DNA of 64,000 nt, from assembly GCA_965204755.1 (NCBI GenBank), contig OZ242011.1, positions 3,552,001-3,616,000 of the forward strand. Direction: 5' to 3'. Every line of letters begins with the position of its first letter. The first letter of the stretch is position 1. The notes under the pieces are model-generated. The model saw only the letters and a list, made by a program, of their open reading frames with translations, did no database searches and had not been told where the DNA came from. Below, one piece after another: positions 38,884 through 49,061 of this stretch. The stretch is from Candidatus Marinacidobacterium sp. GTDB taxonomy: Bacteria; Acidobacteriota; Vicinamibacteria; Marinacidobacterales; Marinacidobacteraceae. Made by a program: the position numbers and the translations under genes.

Positions 38884-41100
38884 TCAGCGGGCGAGGTAGC
38901 GGGCCCGGAATTTCTCGATTGCCGGCAGCAGGGGCTGGCGGTCGTGGAGGGCGTCGGCGAACAGGTCGCCCAGCCGCGCCAGCCGGTCGGGCATCGAGCG
39001 GATGGTGAACTGCTCGGGGCTGAGGTCGCCGTTCAACTCGTCCCAGTCCAGCGGCGCGGAGACCGAGGCGGCCGGCACCGGGCGGGCGGCGTAGGCGGGC
39101 ACCACCGTCTGCCCGCGCCGGTTCTGCAGGAAATCCAGGTACACCCGGCGGCCCCGGCGGGACACCACCCGCTCCACCGTCGCGATCTCCGGGTGCTCGG
39201 CGGCGACATGGGTGGAGACCGCCTCGCAGAACTGCCGCACCAGGTCGTAGGGGTAGATCGGCTCCAGCGGCACCTGGACATGGAGCCCGGTGGCCCCGGA
39301 GGTCTTGACCAGCGGGCGGAGCCCGATCCCCCGCAGCACCTTCCCGAAGGCGCGGGCGAGCCGCGCGACATCGGAGAAGGGACCGCCGCCCGGGTCGAGG
39401 TCGAAGACCGCCCAGTCCGGCCGGTCGAGCCGGCCCCGGATGGAGAGCCACGGGTGGATATCGATGCTGCCCAGGTTGGCGGCGAACAGCAGGGCCGAGG
39501 GGTCGTTGCAGATCAGGAACCGGATCGTCTCCCCGCGCGACCCGGAGGCGATCTCCTCGACTTCGACCCAGTCCGGCGTGTGTTCGGGCAGGTCCTTCTG
39601 GTAGAAGGCCTTGCCGCCCACGCCGTCCGGCATCCGCAGCAGGTGCGCCGGCCGCTCGTGGAGGTAGGGCAGCATGTGCTCCGCCACCCGGTCGTAGTAG
39701 CGGATCAGGTCGCCCTTGGTGTAGCCGGACTCCGGCCAGAAGACCTTGTCGAGGTTGGTGAGCCGGATGGGCCGGGCGGCGCTCCGCTCGGCCCGGCCCC
39801 GCGCGAGCCCGGCGAGCACATGGTCGTCGTCCGCCGGCGCCGCTTCCGGCCGGGCGGGAATCCGCGCGGTGTCGGGCGGGCGGGTTTCCGGGGCCGACCG
39901 GCGCCGGCCCCCGGCCGGTTCGAGCGCCCCCTCGCCATCCGCCGGGGGTACGCCCGGATACGCGCCGTCCACCCGCCTCGCGATCGTCCCGGAGAGCCCG
40001 GCCGCCTCGCAGGCGGCGTGGAACTCTTCGCCCCGAACCCCCACATGCTCCCCGAAAAGGAGGCGGGATGATTGCGCAATCATGCTGCGCAACAGTTGCT
40101 TCCGTTCGAGCAGCGGGACCCGGCGGATGTCCCAGTCGTCGTAGCGGAGGAGGTCGAAGAGGTAGAGCGAGACCGCGATCGAGTCGTCTCCCCCGAGCCG
40201 CGCGGCGAGTCGGTCGGCGGAAGGGCGTTCCGACCGGTCGGTCGCCACCAGGATCCCGTAGGCGAGGAACGCTTCGGCGCGGATCCCCTCGGCCTCGGCC
40301 CGGAGTTCGGGCAGGCCGGGCAGGGGGCCGCCGCCGGCCGCGGGAGCGAGGCGGGGGCCGTCTTCGCCGCGCTCCAGGAAGACCGGGAGGCCCTCCATCT
40401 CCGGCTCGAAGAGGAAGTTGCGGTCGGAGAACGGCGCGGCCTCCCCTTCCGGCTCGGGCGGGATCGGCGGGGGATCGCCGGTCCAGGGCTCGGCTTCCGC
40501 CAGGGCGAAGAACGGCTGCCGGTCGGACTCCTTCCGGGCGTAGCGGTCGCGTCCCTTGAACAGGAGCCACTCGTCGGCGCCCCGCTTCGTCTTGACCAGG
40601 TGCCAGGCGCCGCGCAACTTGCGGCCGCGAAGTCGGACCACCAGTTTCCCGGCCTCGACGCCGGCGGCGCCGCCGTCGCCTTCCCCTTCGGTGATCTCGT
40701 AGGCGCCCCGATCCCAGATGACCATCGTCCCGCCGCCGTACTCCCCGGCGGGAATCACCCCGTGGAAGTCGGTGTAGGCGAGCGGGTGGTCCTCGGTGCG
40801 GACGGCGAGTTTCTTGACCTCCGGGTCGTAGGTGAACCCGCGCGGCACCGCCCAGGACTTGAGGACGCCGCCGATCTCCAGGCGCAGGTCGTAGTGGAGC
40901 CTTCGCGCCTCGTGCCGATGCACGACGAACGCTCGCGCCGGAGGGGACGGCGCCGCCGCGTCCCCCGGCGGCGGCTCGGGAGTCCGGTCGAACCGCCGCT
41001 TGGCGCCGTAGGCATCTATGGACTTCCGCTCGGGCCGCTCCCCCGGCCCGGCGGGCGGGGCCGGCGCTTCCGGGGAGGGTCTCGATCGGGAATCGGGCAT
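38884..41100 (-). CDS. ligD: LigD-like protein: 3'-phosphoesterase, degenerate ligase domain and primase-polymerase domain
   Basis: Phosphoesterase: FVVHRHEARRLHYDLRLE..GVLKSWAVP, EDHP, YGGG..WD.G. Polymerase: TNLDKV, FDLDP, KTSG..GLH, YLDFLQN, VSAPL.W. Ligase motifs are degenerate. Confidence 0.85.
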   Translation of the reverse strand: MPDSRSRPSPEAPAPPAGPGERPERKSIDAYGAKRRFDRTPEPPPGDAAAPSPPARAFVVHRHEARRLHYDLRLEIGGVLKSWAVPRGFTYDPEVKKLAVRTEDHPLAYTDFHGVIPAGEYGGGTMVIWDRGAYEITEGEGDGGAAGVEAGKLVVRLRGRKLRGAWHLVKTKRGADEWLLFKGRDRYARKESDRQPFFALAEAEPWTGDPPPIPPEPEGEAAPFSDRNFLFEPEMEGLPVFLERGEDGPRLAPAAGGGPLPGLPELRAEAEGIRAEAFLAYGILVATDRSERPSADRLAARLGGDDSIAVSLYLFDLLRYDDWDIRRVPLLERKQLLRSMIAQSSRLLFGEHVGVRGEEFHAACEAAGLSGTIARRVDGAYPGVPPADGEGALEPAGGRRRSAPETRPPDTARIPARPEAAPADDDHVLAGLARGRAERSAARPIRLTNLDKVFWPESGYTKGDLIRYYDRVAEHMLPYLHERPAHLLRMPDGVGGKAFYQKDLPEHTPDWVEVEEIASGSRGETIRFLICNDPSALLFAANLGSIDIHPWLSIRGRLDRPDWAVFDLDPGGGPFSDVARLARAFGKVLRGIGLRPLVKTSGATGLHVQVPLEPIYPYDLVRQFCEAVSTHVAAEHPEIATVERVVSRRGRRVYLDFLQNRRGQTVVPAYAARPVPAASVSAPLDWDELNGDLSPEQFTIRSMPDRLARLGDLFADALHDRQPLLPAIEKFRARYLAR

Positions 41101-41243
41101 GGCGGAAGGCGCCCGCCGGCGCCGGCCTCCCGGTCGGCAGCGGGCCTCGCCAATTCTGACGGCCGACCCCGGCCGGGGCCGGTGGCACAATCGGCGGCCG
41201 CGCGACGGGCGGGAAGACCGCCCGCGCCGAGGAGGGCCCGACC

Positions 41244-43475
41244 GTGCCGACCATGAACGCCGAACCACGAGGAAAGAGCCGGGGCGCCGCCCCGCCGACC
41301 CGGAGCGCGGTCGGGAACCGCCGGAGAGCCCGGCGCCGGGCGACCGTCATCGCGGGCGGGGCCGCGCTCGCCGCGCTGCTCGCCGCCGGGTGCGGCTCGG
41401 AGGAGGCCGCCCCGGAACTCACTCTGGAACAGATCCTGGCCATCCGCCACCCGGCGAGTCCGGTCTGGAGCCCCGACGGCGAGCGGATCACCTTCGTCTG
41501 GGACCGCAACCAGGAGATGGACCTCTACTCGGTCGAGCCCGGCGCCGGCGAGGCGCCCCGCCCGCTCACCCGCTGGGGCGAGTCCTACGAGGAGATCGGC
41601 GGCCTCTTCTGGGGCCCGGCCGGCGAGTTTCTCCACTTCGTCCGGAACGGCGCGCTCTACCGGATGAACCCGGAGCAGCCGGGCACCCTCGAGCGCGTCT
41701 TCGACGAGGAGCCGGGCGGCGAGTCGGGCTACTCGCCCTCCCCCGACCGCGCGCGGATCGCCTTCCTCCGCGGCGGCGACCTGCATGTCCGCGACCTCGA
41801 CTCGCCCGCCGAGTTCCCGCTCACGGGTACGCCGGACCTCCGGGAGGGAGCGGCCGTCTGGTCGCCGGACGGGCGGTTCGTGGCCTACACCGTCGCCTCG
41901 ACCGAAGCCATCGAGAAGACCCCGGAAGTCTCCGGGGCCAAACTGGCCTTCCGCAGCCGACGGTCCACCCCGCCCGACCTTTGGGCGGCGCCGGTGATCC
42001 GCCGGGGCGTCCCGCGCCGGATCGCCGCCGGCGAGAACTTCCAGTCCTCCCCCGGATGGCTCGACGCCGCGCGGCTGGTCTTCCTCGAAGTCAGCGCCGA
42101 CTACCGCGAGCGCTCCGTCCGGGTGGCCGACCTCCGCGACGGCTCGGTGCGGACCCTGTCCAGCACCCGCGACCCGAAGTGGTGGAGCCTCACCTTCCTC
42201 GGCGCGGAGCCCCGCCCCTCGCCGGACGGGAAGTGGGTGGCGTTCGTGGACGACGCCTCCGGCTGGGACCGGTTGATGGTCGTCTCCGTGGACGACGGCT
42301 CGGAGACCGCCCTCACCGACGACGGCGCCGAGGTCCGCCGCTACGCCTGGTCACCCGACGGCCGCTACCTGGCGTGGGACGCGAATCCGGAGCACCCCGG
42401 CCGCCGCCAACTGTTCGTCGTCGAAACCGCCTCGCTGCCGGACGCCGCGCCCCGCGCCCTCACTTCGGGCCCGGGCGCGAACACCCAGCCCGCCGCCCGC
42501 ACCGGCTTCCGCCTCTCCGCGGAGTTCGGCGGCTTCTCCCCGGACGGCAGCCGGATCGTTTTCCAGCGCACCGGCCCCCGCGCCCCGGCCGACCTCTACA
42601 CGGTGGCGGTGGACGGCGGCGGCGAGCCGGTGCGCCTCACGAATTCGCTGCCGGAGGGACTCGACCCGGCCCTGTTCACCGAGGGCGAGTTCCTGCGCTT
42701 CCCGGCGCGCGACGGCGGCGAAGTGCCCGGCTACCTGTTCACGCCGGAGGGACTCGACCGCTCCCGGAAGCACCCGGCCATCGTGTGGGTCCACGGCGAC
42801 GGCATCGCCCAGAACTACGAAGGCTGGCATGTCCGCCGGGACTACGCGGCGTACCACTCGTTCCACCAGTTGCTCCTCCGGGACGGTTATGTGGTGCTCA
42901 TGCCGGACTACCGGGGTAGCGTCGGCTACGGGCGCGACTTCCGGCAGCAGTCCTACCGAGATGTCGGCGGCGGCGACTACCAGGATGTGGCGGCGGCGGG
43001 GGACTACCTGAAGACCCTCGACTTCGTGGACCCCGAGCGCGTCGGCGTCTGGGGACTCAGTTACGGCGGCTTCATGACCATGCAGGCGCTCACCCTCGAC
43101 CCGACGCTCTTCGCCGCCGGGGTGAATGTCGCCGGGGTCGGCGACTACCGGCTCTGGTTCCAGGACCCCGGGGGGAGATGGGTGGTCAGCCGGATGGGGA
43201 CTCCGGAGGAGAACCCGGAGGTGTACGACCTCGCCGCTCCCGCCGACCGGGTCGAGGCGATCGAGCGGCCGCTCCTCATGATGCACGGCACTTCGGATGT
43301 GAATGTTCCCTACTTCGAGTCCGTCCACCTTGCCGACCGCCTGCTCCGCGCCGGCAAGGACTTCGAGTTCGTCACCTACCCGGGCGAGTTCCACTACTTC
43401 CACCGCGAACATGTCCTCCGGGACGCCTGGAAGCGCGTGCGCCGATTCTTCGGGGAGCACTTGGCCGCGCGGTAG
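41244..43475 (+). CDS. S9 family (prolyl oligopeptidase/dipeptidyl peptidase-like) lipoprotein
   Basis: WSPDG propeller repeats; YRGS.GYG, GLSYGG nucleophile motif, HGTSD.NV and YPGEFH; lipobox AAGC. True start may be downstream. Confidence 0.9.
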   Translation: MPTMNAEPRGKSRGAAPPTRSAVGNRRRARRRATVIAGGAALAALLAAGCGSEEAAPELTLEQILAIRHPASPVWSPDGERITFVWDRNQEMDLYSVEPGAGEAPRPLTRWGESYEEIGGLFWGPAGEFLHFVRNGALYRMNPEQPGTLERVFDEEPGGESGYSPSPDRARIAFLRGGDLHVRDLDSPAEFPLTGTPDLREGAAVWSPDGRFVAYTVASTEAIEKTPEVSGAKLAFRSRRSTPPDLWAAPVIRRGVPRRIAAGENFQSSPGWLDAARLVFLEVSADYRERSVRVADLRDGSVRTLSSTRDPKWWSLTFLGAEPRPSPDGKWVAFVDDASGWDRLMVVSVDDGSETALTDDGAEVRRYAWSPDGRYLAWDANPEHPGRRQLFVVETASLPDAAPRALTSGPGANTQPAARTGFRLSAEFGGFSPDGSRIVFQRTGPRAPADLYTVAVDGGGEPVRLTNSLPEGLDPALFTEGEFLRFPARDGGEVPGYLFTPEGLDRSRKHPAIVWVHGDGIAQNYEGWHVRRDYAAYHSFHQLLLRDGYVVLMPDYRGSVGYGRDFRQQSYRDVGGGDYQDVAAAGDYLKTLDFVDPERVGVWGLSYGGFMTMQALTLDPTLFAAGVNVAGVGDYRLWFQDPGGRWVVSRMGTPEENPEVYDLAAPADRVEAIERPLLMMHGTSDVNVPYFESVHLADRLLRAGKDFEFVTYPGEFHYFHREHVLRDAWKRVRRFFGEHLAAR

Positions 43476-43527
43476 GCCGATCCTTCCGGCGCCTCGGTGC
43501 ACCGGCTGTCTTGAGTCTGCGGGCTCG

Positions 43528-44937
43528 TCAGCCGGGATCGCGCAAGGCTTCGCGGAACGCCGGCGGGATCTCCATGCCGAGGCCTTCCGCCTCCCCCAGG
43601 TGCCGGAGGGCCTCGGAGCGGTTGCCGCGTTTCGCTTCCACATCCGCCAGCAGGAAGTGGAGCCCGGCGCGGCGAGAGGCGTCGGCGGGGGCGGAACCGG
43701 TTCGACCCAGCGCCGCGCCCAGCGCCTCGGCGGCCTCGTCGAAACGCCCGCGGGTGGCGAGCAGTTGGCCGAGGCCCTGGAGGGCGCCGGGGTCGCCGGG
43801 CGCGACTTCGAGCGCCTGGCGGAGGAGTCTCTCGGCGCCGCGCAGGTCGCCGCGCTGGAACCGCAGGCTGGAAGCCCCGAGCAGCGTGGGCAGGTGGGTC
43901 GGGTCGTTCTCGGCGGCTCGCCGGTAGAGCGAGTCGGCCTCGGCGTCCCGCCCGGTGCGGACGAGCAGGTTGGCGAGATTCGCCATCGTTGGGCTCGACT
44001 CCGGGTCGAGGGCGAGCGCCTCCCGGTAGGCGGCCTCGGCTTCGTCGGGCTGTCCCCGGCGCGTGAGCACATTTCCCAGGTTGTAGCGGAGCGCGGGTTC
44101 CTCGGGCCGCTCGGTGATGAGGCGGCGGTAGATCGCTTCGGCGGTCTCCGCGTCCCCGGCGGCGGCGGCGCGGCGCGCGCGCGCTTCCCTCCCGGCGGCG
44201 TCGGCGCGCAGGTCCTCGACCACGGTGAGCAGCGGGTCGGGATCGCCGACCGCGCCGGAGGAAGGGGAGCGGGCAGCCGCGCGCGCCCTCGCCGCGGCTT
44301 CGGCCGCCCCTTCGGGGTCGTCGCTCCGGCGGCGGATCTGGGCGAGGAAACTCCAGGCGGCGGCCGCTTCGGGCGCCCGGCCGGTCACGGCTTCCATCGC
44401 TTTCTCGGCGGCGTCGAGATTCCCGGCGGCGAGGTCGCGGCGGCCGAGGGCCATCTCCGCCTCGATCGAAGACGGGCGCGCCGCCCGCAGCGCCTCCCAC
44501 GCGGCGCCGGCGTCGTCGGCCCGGCCCAGCGCTTCCAGCAGCCGGGCGCGGAGCGCCAGCGTGGGAGAGGCGCCCGGACCGCGCCGCAGCGCCTCCTCCG
44601 CGAGCGCGAGCGCCGCCTCCGGATCTCCGGCTTCCAGCAACCGGGCGTGGAGGTGCGGCCACGCCCGGTCCGAGGAGTCCAGCCGGGCCGCCTCCGCGTA
44701 CGCCGCAGCCGCCGGCGCCGCGAGCCGGTGGGCGTGGAGGATCATCCCCAGCCGCCCCCGCCGCGCCGGGTCACGCGGGTCGGCCGCGGTCTCGGCCCGC
44801 GCGTTCTCGACGAGCGCCGCCACGGCCGGCTCCATCCCGACGGTAGCCACCGGGGGGACTTCCGCGCCGCCGCAGGCGAACAGGAGCGGCGCCGCGAGGG
44901 CCGGCGCGAGCGCTCGACAGCGCCGCCGTTCAGCCAC
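43528..44937 (-). CDS. TPR-repeat lipoprotein
   Basis: GTG start overlapping the upstream gene; LFAC lipobox; repeated YNLG..L...G..EA..AY..AL.LDP motifs. Confidence 0.85.
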   Translation of the reverse strand: MAERRRCRALAPALAAPLLFACGGAEVPPVATVGMEPAVAALVENARAETAADPRDPARRGRLGMILHAHRLAAPAAAAYAEAARLDSSDRAWPHLHARLLEAGDPEAALALAEEALRRGPGASPTLALRARLLEALGRADDAGAAWEALRAARPSSIEAEMALGRRDLAAGNLDAAEKAMEAVTGRAPEAAAAWSFLAQIRRRSDDPEGAAEAAARARAAARSPSSGAVGDPDPLLTVVEDLRADAAGREARARRAAAAGDAETAEAIYRRLITERPEEPALRYNLGNVLTRRGQPDEAEAAYREALALDPESSPTMANLANLLVRTGRDAEADSLYRRAAENDPTHLPTLLGASSLRFQRGDLRGAERLLRQALEVAPGDPGALQGLGQLLATRGRFDEAAEALGAALGRTGSAPADASRRAGLHFLLADVEAKRGNRSEALRHLGEAEGLGMEIPPAFREALRDPG

Positions 44938-46606
44938 CGGGCGTTCCCTCGCCGCGGACGACGACCGCCGCGCGGTTCGGCGGCGGGGCCGGGAACCGTT
45001 CCCGCTCGCCGTTCGACCAGCGGACGACGAGGCCGGTGACCTCCGCTCCGGGTTCGATCCCGAAGTGGGCGCGGGGGTCGCCGGAACCCAGGTAGGAGAC
45101 GCCCCGGTTCGCCCGCCCGACCCGAATCCCGGCGGTCGTTTCCAGGAACACGGTCGCGCCGTGGTCGGGGAGTCCGTTCGCGGGCAGGCGCGGTTCCACC
45201 AGCAGCCAGCCGCCTTCGGGTGTCGAGTCGTTCCGCAGCATCCTCGCCGGGCCGTCGCCGGCGGCGAGCGCGAAGTCGAGATCGCCGTCCCCGTCGAGGT
45301 CCCCCGCCGCGAGGCCGCGCCCCACGACTCGGGCCGCGAGTCCCGGAGAGGCATCGCCGGCTCCGGAGAACCGCCCGCCTTCGTTCCGCAGCAGGAGGGT
45401 CGGCTCGGCGTAGGAGTCGAAGAACGGTTCGCGGGGCGGCGCCCCCGGAGGACGGGCCACGCGGCCGTTCGCGATGACCGCGTCCGGGCGGCCATCGTGG
45501 TTCCAGTCGCCGACGGCGACCCCGAACCCGGTGGTCGAGAGGCCGAGCGAGCCGAGGCCCCAAGCGTTCGAAGCGTCCACGAAGAACCCTCCGTCCTCCG
45601 CCAGGTAGAGGGTGTTCGTCTCGTCGGCGAAGTGGGTGACGAGCAGGTCGAGCGCCCCGTTCCGGTCCAGGTCGGCGACTTCGATCCCCATGCCCGCCTC
45701 CGGCCTTCCGAAGCCGCTGAGGGCTGCGCCGGACTGCATGGCCTCTTCGCGGAAGCCCCCCGCGCCATCGTTCACCCAGAAGTGGTTCGCCTCGGTGTCG
45801 TTGGCCACATAGAAGTCGGGCAATCCCTCCCCGGTGAGGTCGTGGCAGACCACGCCGAGCCCCCGGGCGGCCAGCGAGCCGATCCCGATCCGGCGACCGA
45901 CTTCCTCGAACCGCCCGCGGCCGAGGTTTCGGTAGAGGAGGTCGGGGACGCCGGGGAGTTCCGTCGGGCCGCAGTAGTCGCGGCGTCCGTCGGCGGCGAA
46001 GCACTCGAACGCCGGGTCGTAGTCCATGTAACGCGTGACGAACAGGTCGAGATGCCCGTCCGCGTCGTAGTCGCAGAACACCGCGGAGGCCGACCATCCC
46101 TCGTCGGCCGGAAAGGTCGCGGAGGCGGAGTATCCCGCCGCGTCGTCGTCCCGGAGGAGCAGGGCGTCGGCGCCGTAGGCCGTTCGGTAGAGGTCGAGGT
46201 CGCCGTCCCCGTCCGCGTCGCCGACCGCGGCGCCCATCCCGTAGCCGGCCGGTGGCGGGAGCGCGTCGGGTACCGCGGCGAAACGCAGCGCCGCCGGGTC
46301 GGACCCCCGGTTCTCGTAGAGCGCGTCCGACCCGGCGCCCTGGACGAAGTGGAGGTCGAGGTCCCCGTCGCCGTCGTAGTCCAGCAGCGCCAAGCCGCCG
46401 CCCATGATCTCGGGCAGGAAGTAGTCGGGCTGCGCGTCCGTTCCGCGGCCCGAGTGCCGCCGGAACTCCACGCCGGCGGCCTCGGTGATGTCGGTGAACC
46501 GGATCTGGAGGCCGGTTCCCGCAGCGGGAACCGCGACGCCGAGCGCGACGGAAGCCGCGCCGAGCCTCGACCGGCGGGCGCGGCGCCGCAGGCCTCCGGT
46601 CGTCAG
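44930..46606 (-). CDS. CRTAC1-family FG-GAP repeat protein with ASPIC/UnbV domain (start uncertain)
   Basis: FTDITEAAGV, repeated DYDGDGDLDL motifs, AGMG and C-terminal SYLG.GD.RAHFG...VRW..G. Confidence 0.85.
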   Translation of the reverse strand: MTTGGLRRRARRSRLGAASVALGVAVPAAGTGLQIRFTDITEAAGVEFRRHSGRGTDAQPDYFLPEIMGGGLALLDYDGDGDLDLHFVQGAGSDALYENRGSDPAALRFAAVPDALPPPAGYGMGAAVGDADGDGDLDLYRTAYGADALLLRDDDAAGYSASATFPADEGWSASAVFCDYDADGHLDLFVTRYMDYDPAFECFAADGRRDYCGPTELPGVPDLLYRNLGRGRFEEVGRRIGIGSLAARGLGVVCHDLTGEGLPDFYVANDTEANHFWVNDGAGGFREEAMQSGAALSGFGRPEAGMGIEVADLDRNGALDLLVTHFADETNTLYLAEDGGFFVDASNAWGLGSLGLSTTGFGVAVGDWNHDGRPDAVIANGRVARPPGAPPREPFFDSYAEPTLLLRNEGGRFSGAGDASPGLAARVVGRGLAAGDLDGDGDLDFALAAGDGPARMLRNDSTPEGGWLLVEPRLPANGLPDHGATVFLETTAGIRVGRANRGVSYLGSGDPRAHFGIEPGAEVTGLVVRWSNGERERFPAPPPNRAAVVVRGEGTPGG

Positions 46607-47874
46607 AGGCGCCTGACCGAAGCCGGCCCGATGTCGCCGAGCGACGGGGTCCCCGCGAGTTGCATGGCGAGTTTCAACTCGGCGCGCAGCATCCGCAGCA
46701 CCGCCGCCACTCCCGGTTCGCCGAACGCGGCCAGCCCCCATAGGTAGGCGCGCCCGACGAGCACGGCGTCGGCGCCCAGCGCGAGCGCCTTGAAGATGTC
46801 CACCCCGCGCCGGATGCCGCTGTCCATGAGGATCGGGATGCGCCCGCCGATCGCGGCGGCGACCTCGGGGAGGCTGTCGAGCGTGCCGATCCCGCTTTCC
46901 TCGGCGCGCCCGCCGTGGTTCGAGACCACGACGGCGTCCACGCCGTGTTCGATGCAGAGTTCGGCGTCTTCGGCGGTGACGATTCCCTTGAGCAGCAGCC
47001 GCATGTCGGTCGTGTCCCGGAGCCGCCGGATCACTTCCCAGGTCATCGCCGGCTGGTTCAGGCCGGCGAAACGGCTCCGCCCCACCGCGTCCGCGACTTC
47101 GATCTCGTCGAACATGGACTTCCGCGACACATAGTTGGCGAACCCGGGCTGGTGGCAGATCGTGCATTCGCGCTGGTCGAGACGGGCAGAGAGCGCCTGC
47201 GTGATCCGGTTGCTCCCGGCGGGGAGGTCCACGGTGAGCACCAGCGCCGGGCAGCCGGCGGCTTCCGCCCGCGCCACCAACTGCTTCGTGACCTCGAAGG
47301 AGGTCGTCGGATACAACTGGTACCAGACCGGCTCGCCGCGCGCCTCGTTCACTTCCTCTACCGAGGAGGTCGTCACGGTCGAGAGCAGTTGCAGGTGGTC
47401 CTCGCTGCGGGCGGCCAGCGCGACCGCGACTTCCCCGCCGGCGTGGAACGCCTTCTGGCTGCCGCAGGGAGCGATCCCGATCGGCGAAGTCCAGCGCCGC
47501 CCGAAGAGGGTCACGGACAGGTCCGGCTCGGACACATCCACCAGCCGCCGCGCCCGGATGCCCACCCGCTCGAACGCCGCCCGGTTCGCGGCCAGCGTGC
47601 CTTCCCCGTCCACCCCGGTGGCGATGTAGCCGTAGTGCGCCGGCGGCAGGTTCCGCTCGGCGAGCGCCCGGAAGTCGAAGACATCGGCCGCTTCGTCCGG
47701 GGCCTCGATGAGGGCGCGCGGGAACCGGTTGTAGCCGAACCGCTCCGCGCTCTCCTGCCCGCCCTCGGCGCGCGCCGGCGGCGCGTCCGGGTCGTAGCAG
47801 GCCGCCCCGCCGAAGAGCGCCGGACTCCCGGCGAGATAGCGGAGAAACCGCCGCCGTTCGAGAAATCGGGTCAT
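46603..47874 (-). CDS. Tat-exported FMN-dependent alpha-hydroxy acid oxidase/dehydrogenase
   Basis: RRRFL signal; WYQLY, LTVD, KGI, SNHGGR, DSGIRRG.D..KALALGA motifs. Start ATG at 47874. Confidence 0.92.
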   Translation of the reverse strand: MTRFLERRRFLRYLAGSPALFGGAACYDPDAPPARAEGGQESAERFGYNRFPRALIEAPDEAADVFDFRALAERNLPPAHYGYIATGVDGEGTLAANRAAFERVGIRARRLVDVSEPDLSVTLFGRRWTSPIGIAPCGSQKAFHAGGEVAVALAARSEDHLQLLSTVTTSSVEEVNEARGEPVWYQLYPTTSFEVTKQLVARAEAAGCPALVLTVDLPAGSNRITQALSARLDQRECTICHQPGFANYVSRKSMFDEIEVADAVGRSRFAGLNQPAMTWEVIRRLRDTTDMRLLLKGIVTAEDAELCIEHGVDAVVVSNHGGRAEESGIGTLDSLPEVAAAIGGRIPILMDSGIRRGVDIFKALALGADAVLVGRAYLWGLAAFGEPGVAAVLRMLRAELKLAMQLAGTPSLGDIGPASVRRL

Positions 47875-47978
47875 GTGTTCGCCCCCTGCTCGCTGGGCCG
47901 CCGATTCTCCCACGACGGCCAGCCGGGGCGCTGTGACGGCGGTGTCTCGCCCGTCGGTCCGGGGCGCCGCTCGCTGCC

Positions 47979-49046
47979 CTATCCCGTCGAGGTGGTCAGC
48001 GATCTCGCCATGACTTCCCGGTAGATCGGATTGGCGATTCGGGGCGGGGGAGCGGGGGCGAGGAGGCCCGTATCGCGGAGATACAACAGGTCGTCTGTCT
48101 CGAAGGGCGGGCGTTGCCTCGAACCGGTGATCAACGGTTCGATACTGCGTCGGACTCGCTCTTCCCTGAGCCTCCGGATGACCGGTTCGAAGTGACCGGG
48201 ACGGTTCGCTAGCCATCGCTCTCGCGCGGCCGAGACCGCGTCCCTCGTGATTTCCCGGTTCCCATCCCGGCCCTTCGGGTCGCGGAAGCAGGCGGTGTCG
48301 GCCAAGGCGTTGACGAGCCACGGCTGGCCCAGCGTCGAATCCCGGATTTCCTCGACGGCGTCCGGTGTGAACCGCTGTCCGGTCTCCGCCGTGTGCTGCT
48401 CGAGCAGCGCGCGGGATTCGGCCTCCGAGAAGGGACGGAGTGGAACGAACTCCACCATGATGTTCAACGCCTCGTGGCGGGAAATCGCATAGTCCTTGGG
48501 GTGACGCCGACCACAGAGAACGATGCTCCAAGGAAACTTGGCAGGGCGTCTCTCGTAGCCGGCTCGGAGTTGGTGGAGGACGGTCAGCAGGGATTCATCC
48601 CGAAGGGAGTCCACTTCGTCCAGGAGCAAGACGATGGGCTGGGGACTGGCGGCGCTCCACCGGTTGAGCACCCAGCGGAGGGCATCCTCGGGGCCGGCGC
48701 GTTCGAGGCAGTTCTCCCATTCGCGGGATAGGAAGTCGTCGTCCAGAGAGTCCGAGGCCTCGGTCGCCAAGCGGTTGAGCGTCGCCCGGATTGCCCGCTC
48801 CAAGTCGTCGTCGGCCGTCTGCACGCCCTCGAGATTCACATGCATGGCCCGGTAGCCCCGGTCGTTCAGGGCGTCCCGCAGCGCATACAACGCGGTCGTC
48901 TTTCCGGTCCGGCGCGGCGCGAACACCGCGAAGTACTTCTTGCCCTCGACGAGATCCGGCATCGTGTCCGCGCCGAACCGTTGGAGCGGGTGGATGTGGT
49001 AGTGGTCATCCGGGAGGATCGGGCCGGAGGTGTTGAACTCCCGCAT
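47979..49046 (-). CDS. STAND/AAA-like ATPase without the C-terminal nuclease (truncated paralog)
   Basis: FNTSGP, APRRTGKTT, LLLDEVD, GQPWLVNAL; ends just after ANPIYREV. Confidence 0.85.
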   Translation of the reverse strand: MREFNTSGPILPDDHYHIHPLQRFGADTMPDLVEGKKYFAVFAPRRTGKTTALYALRDALNDRGYRAMHVNLEGVQTADDDLERAIRATLNRLATEASDSLDDDFLSREWENCLERAGPEDALRWVLNRWSAASPQPIVLLLDEVDSLRDESLLTVLHQLRAGYERRPAKFPWSIVLCGRRHPKDYAISRHEALNIMVEFVPLRPFSEAESRALLEQHTAETGQRFTPDAVEEIRDSTLGQPWLVNALADTACFRDPKGRDGNREITRDAVSAARERWLANRPGHFEPVIRRLREERVRRSIEPLITGSRQRPPFETDDLLYLRDTGLLAPAPPPRIANPIYREVMARSLTTSTG

Positions 49047-49061
49047 GGCCTCTCGGGTCGG

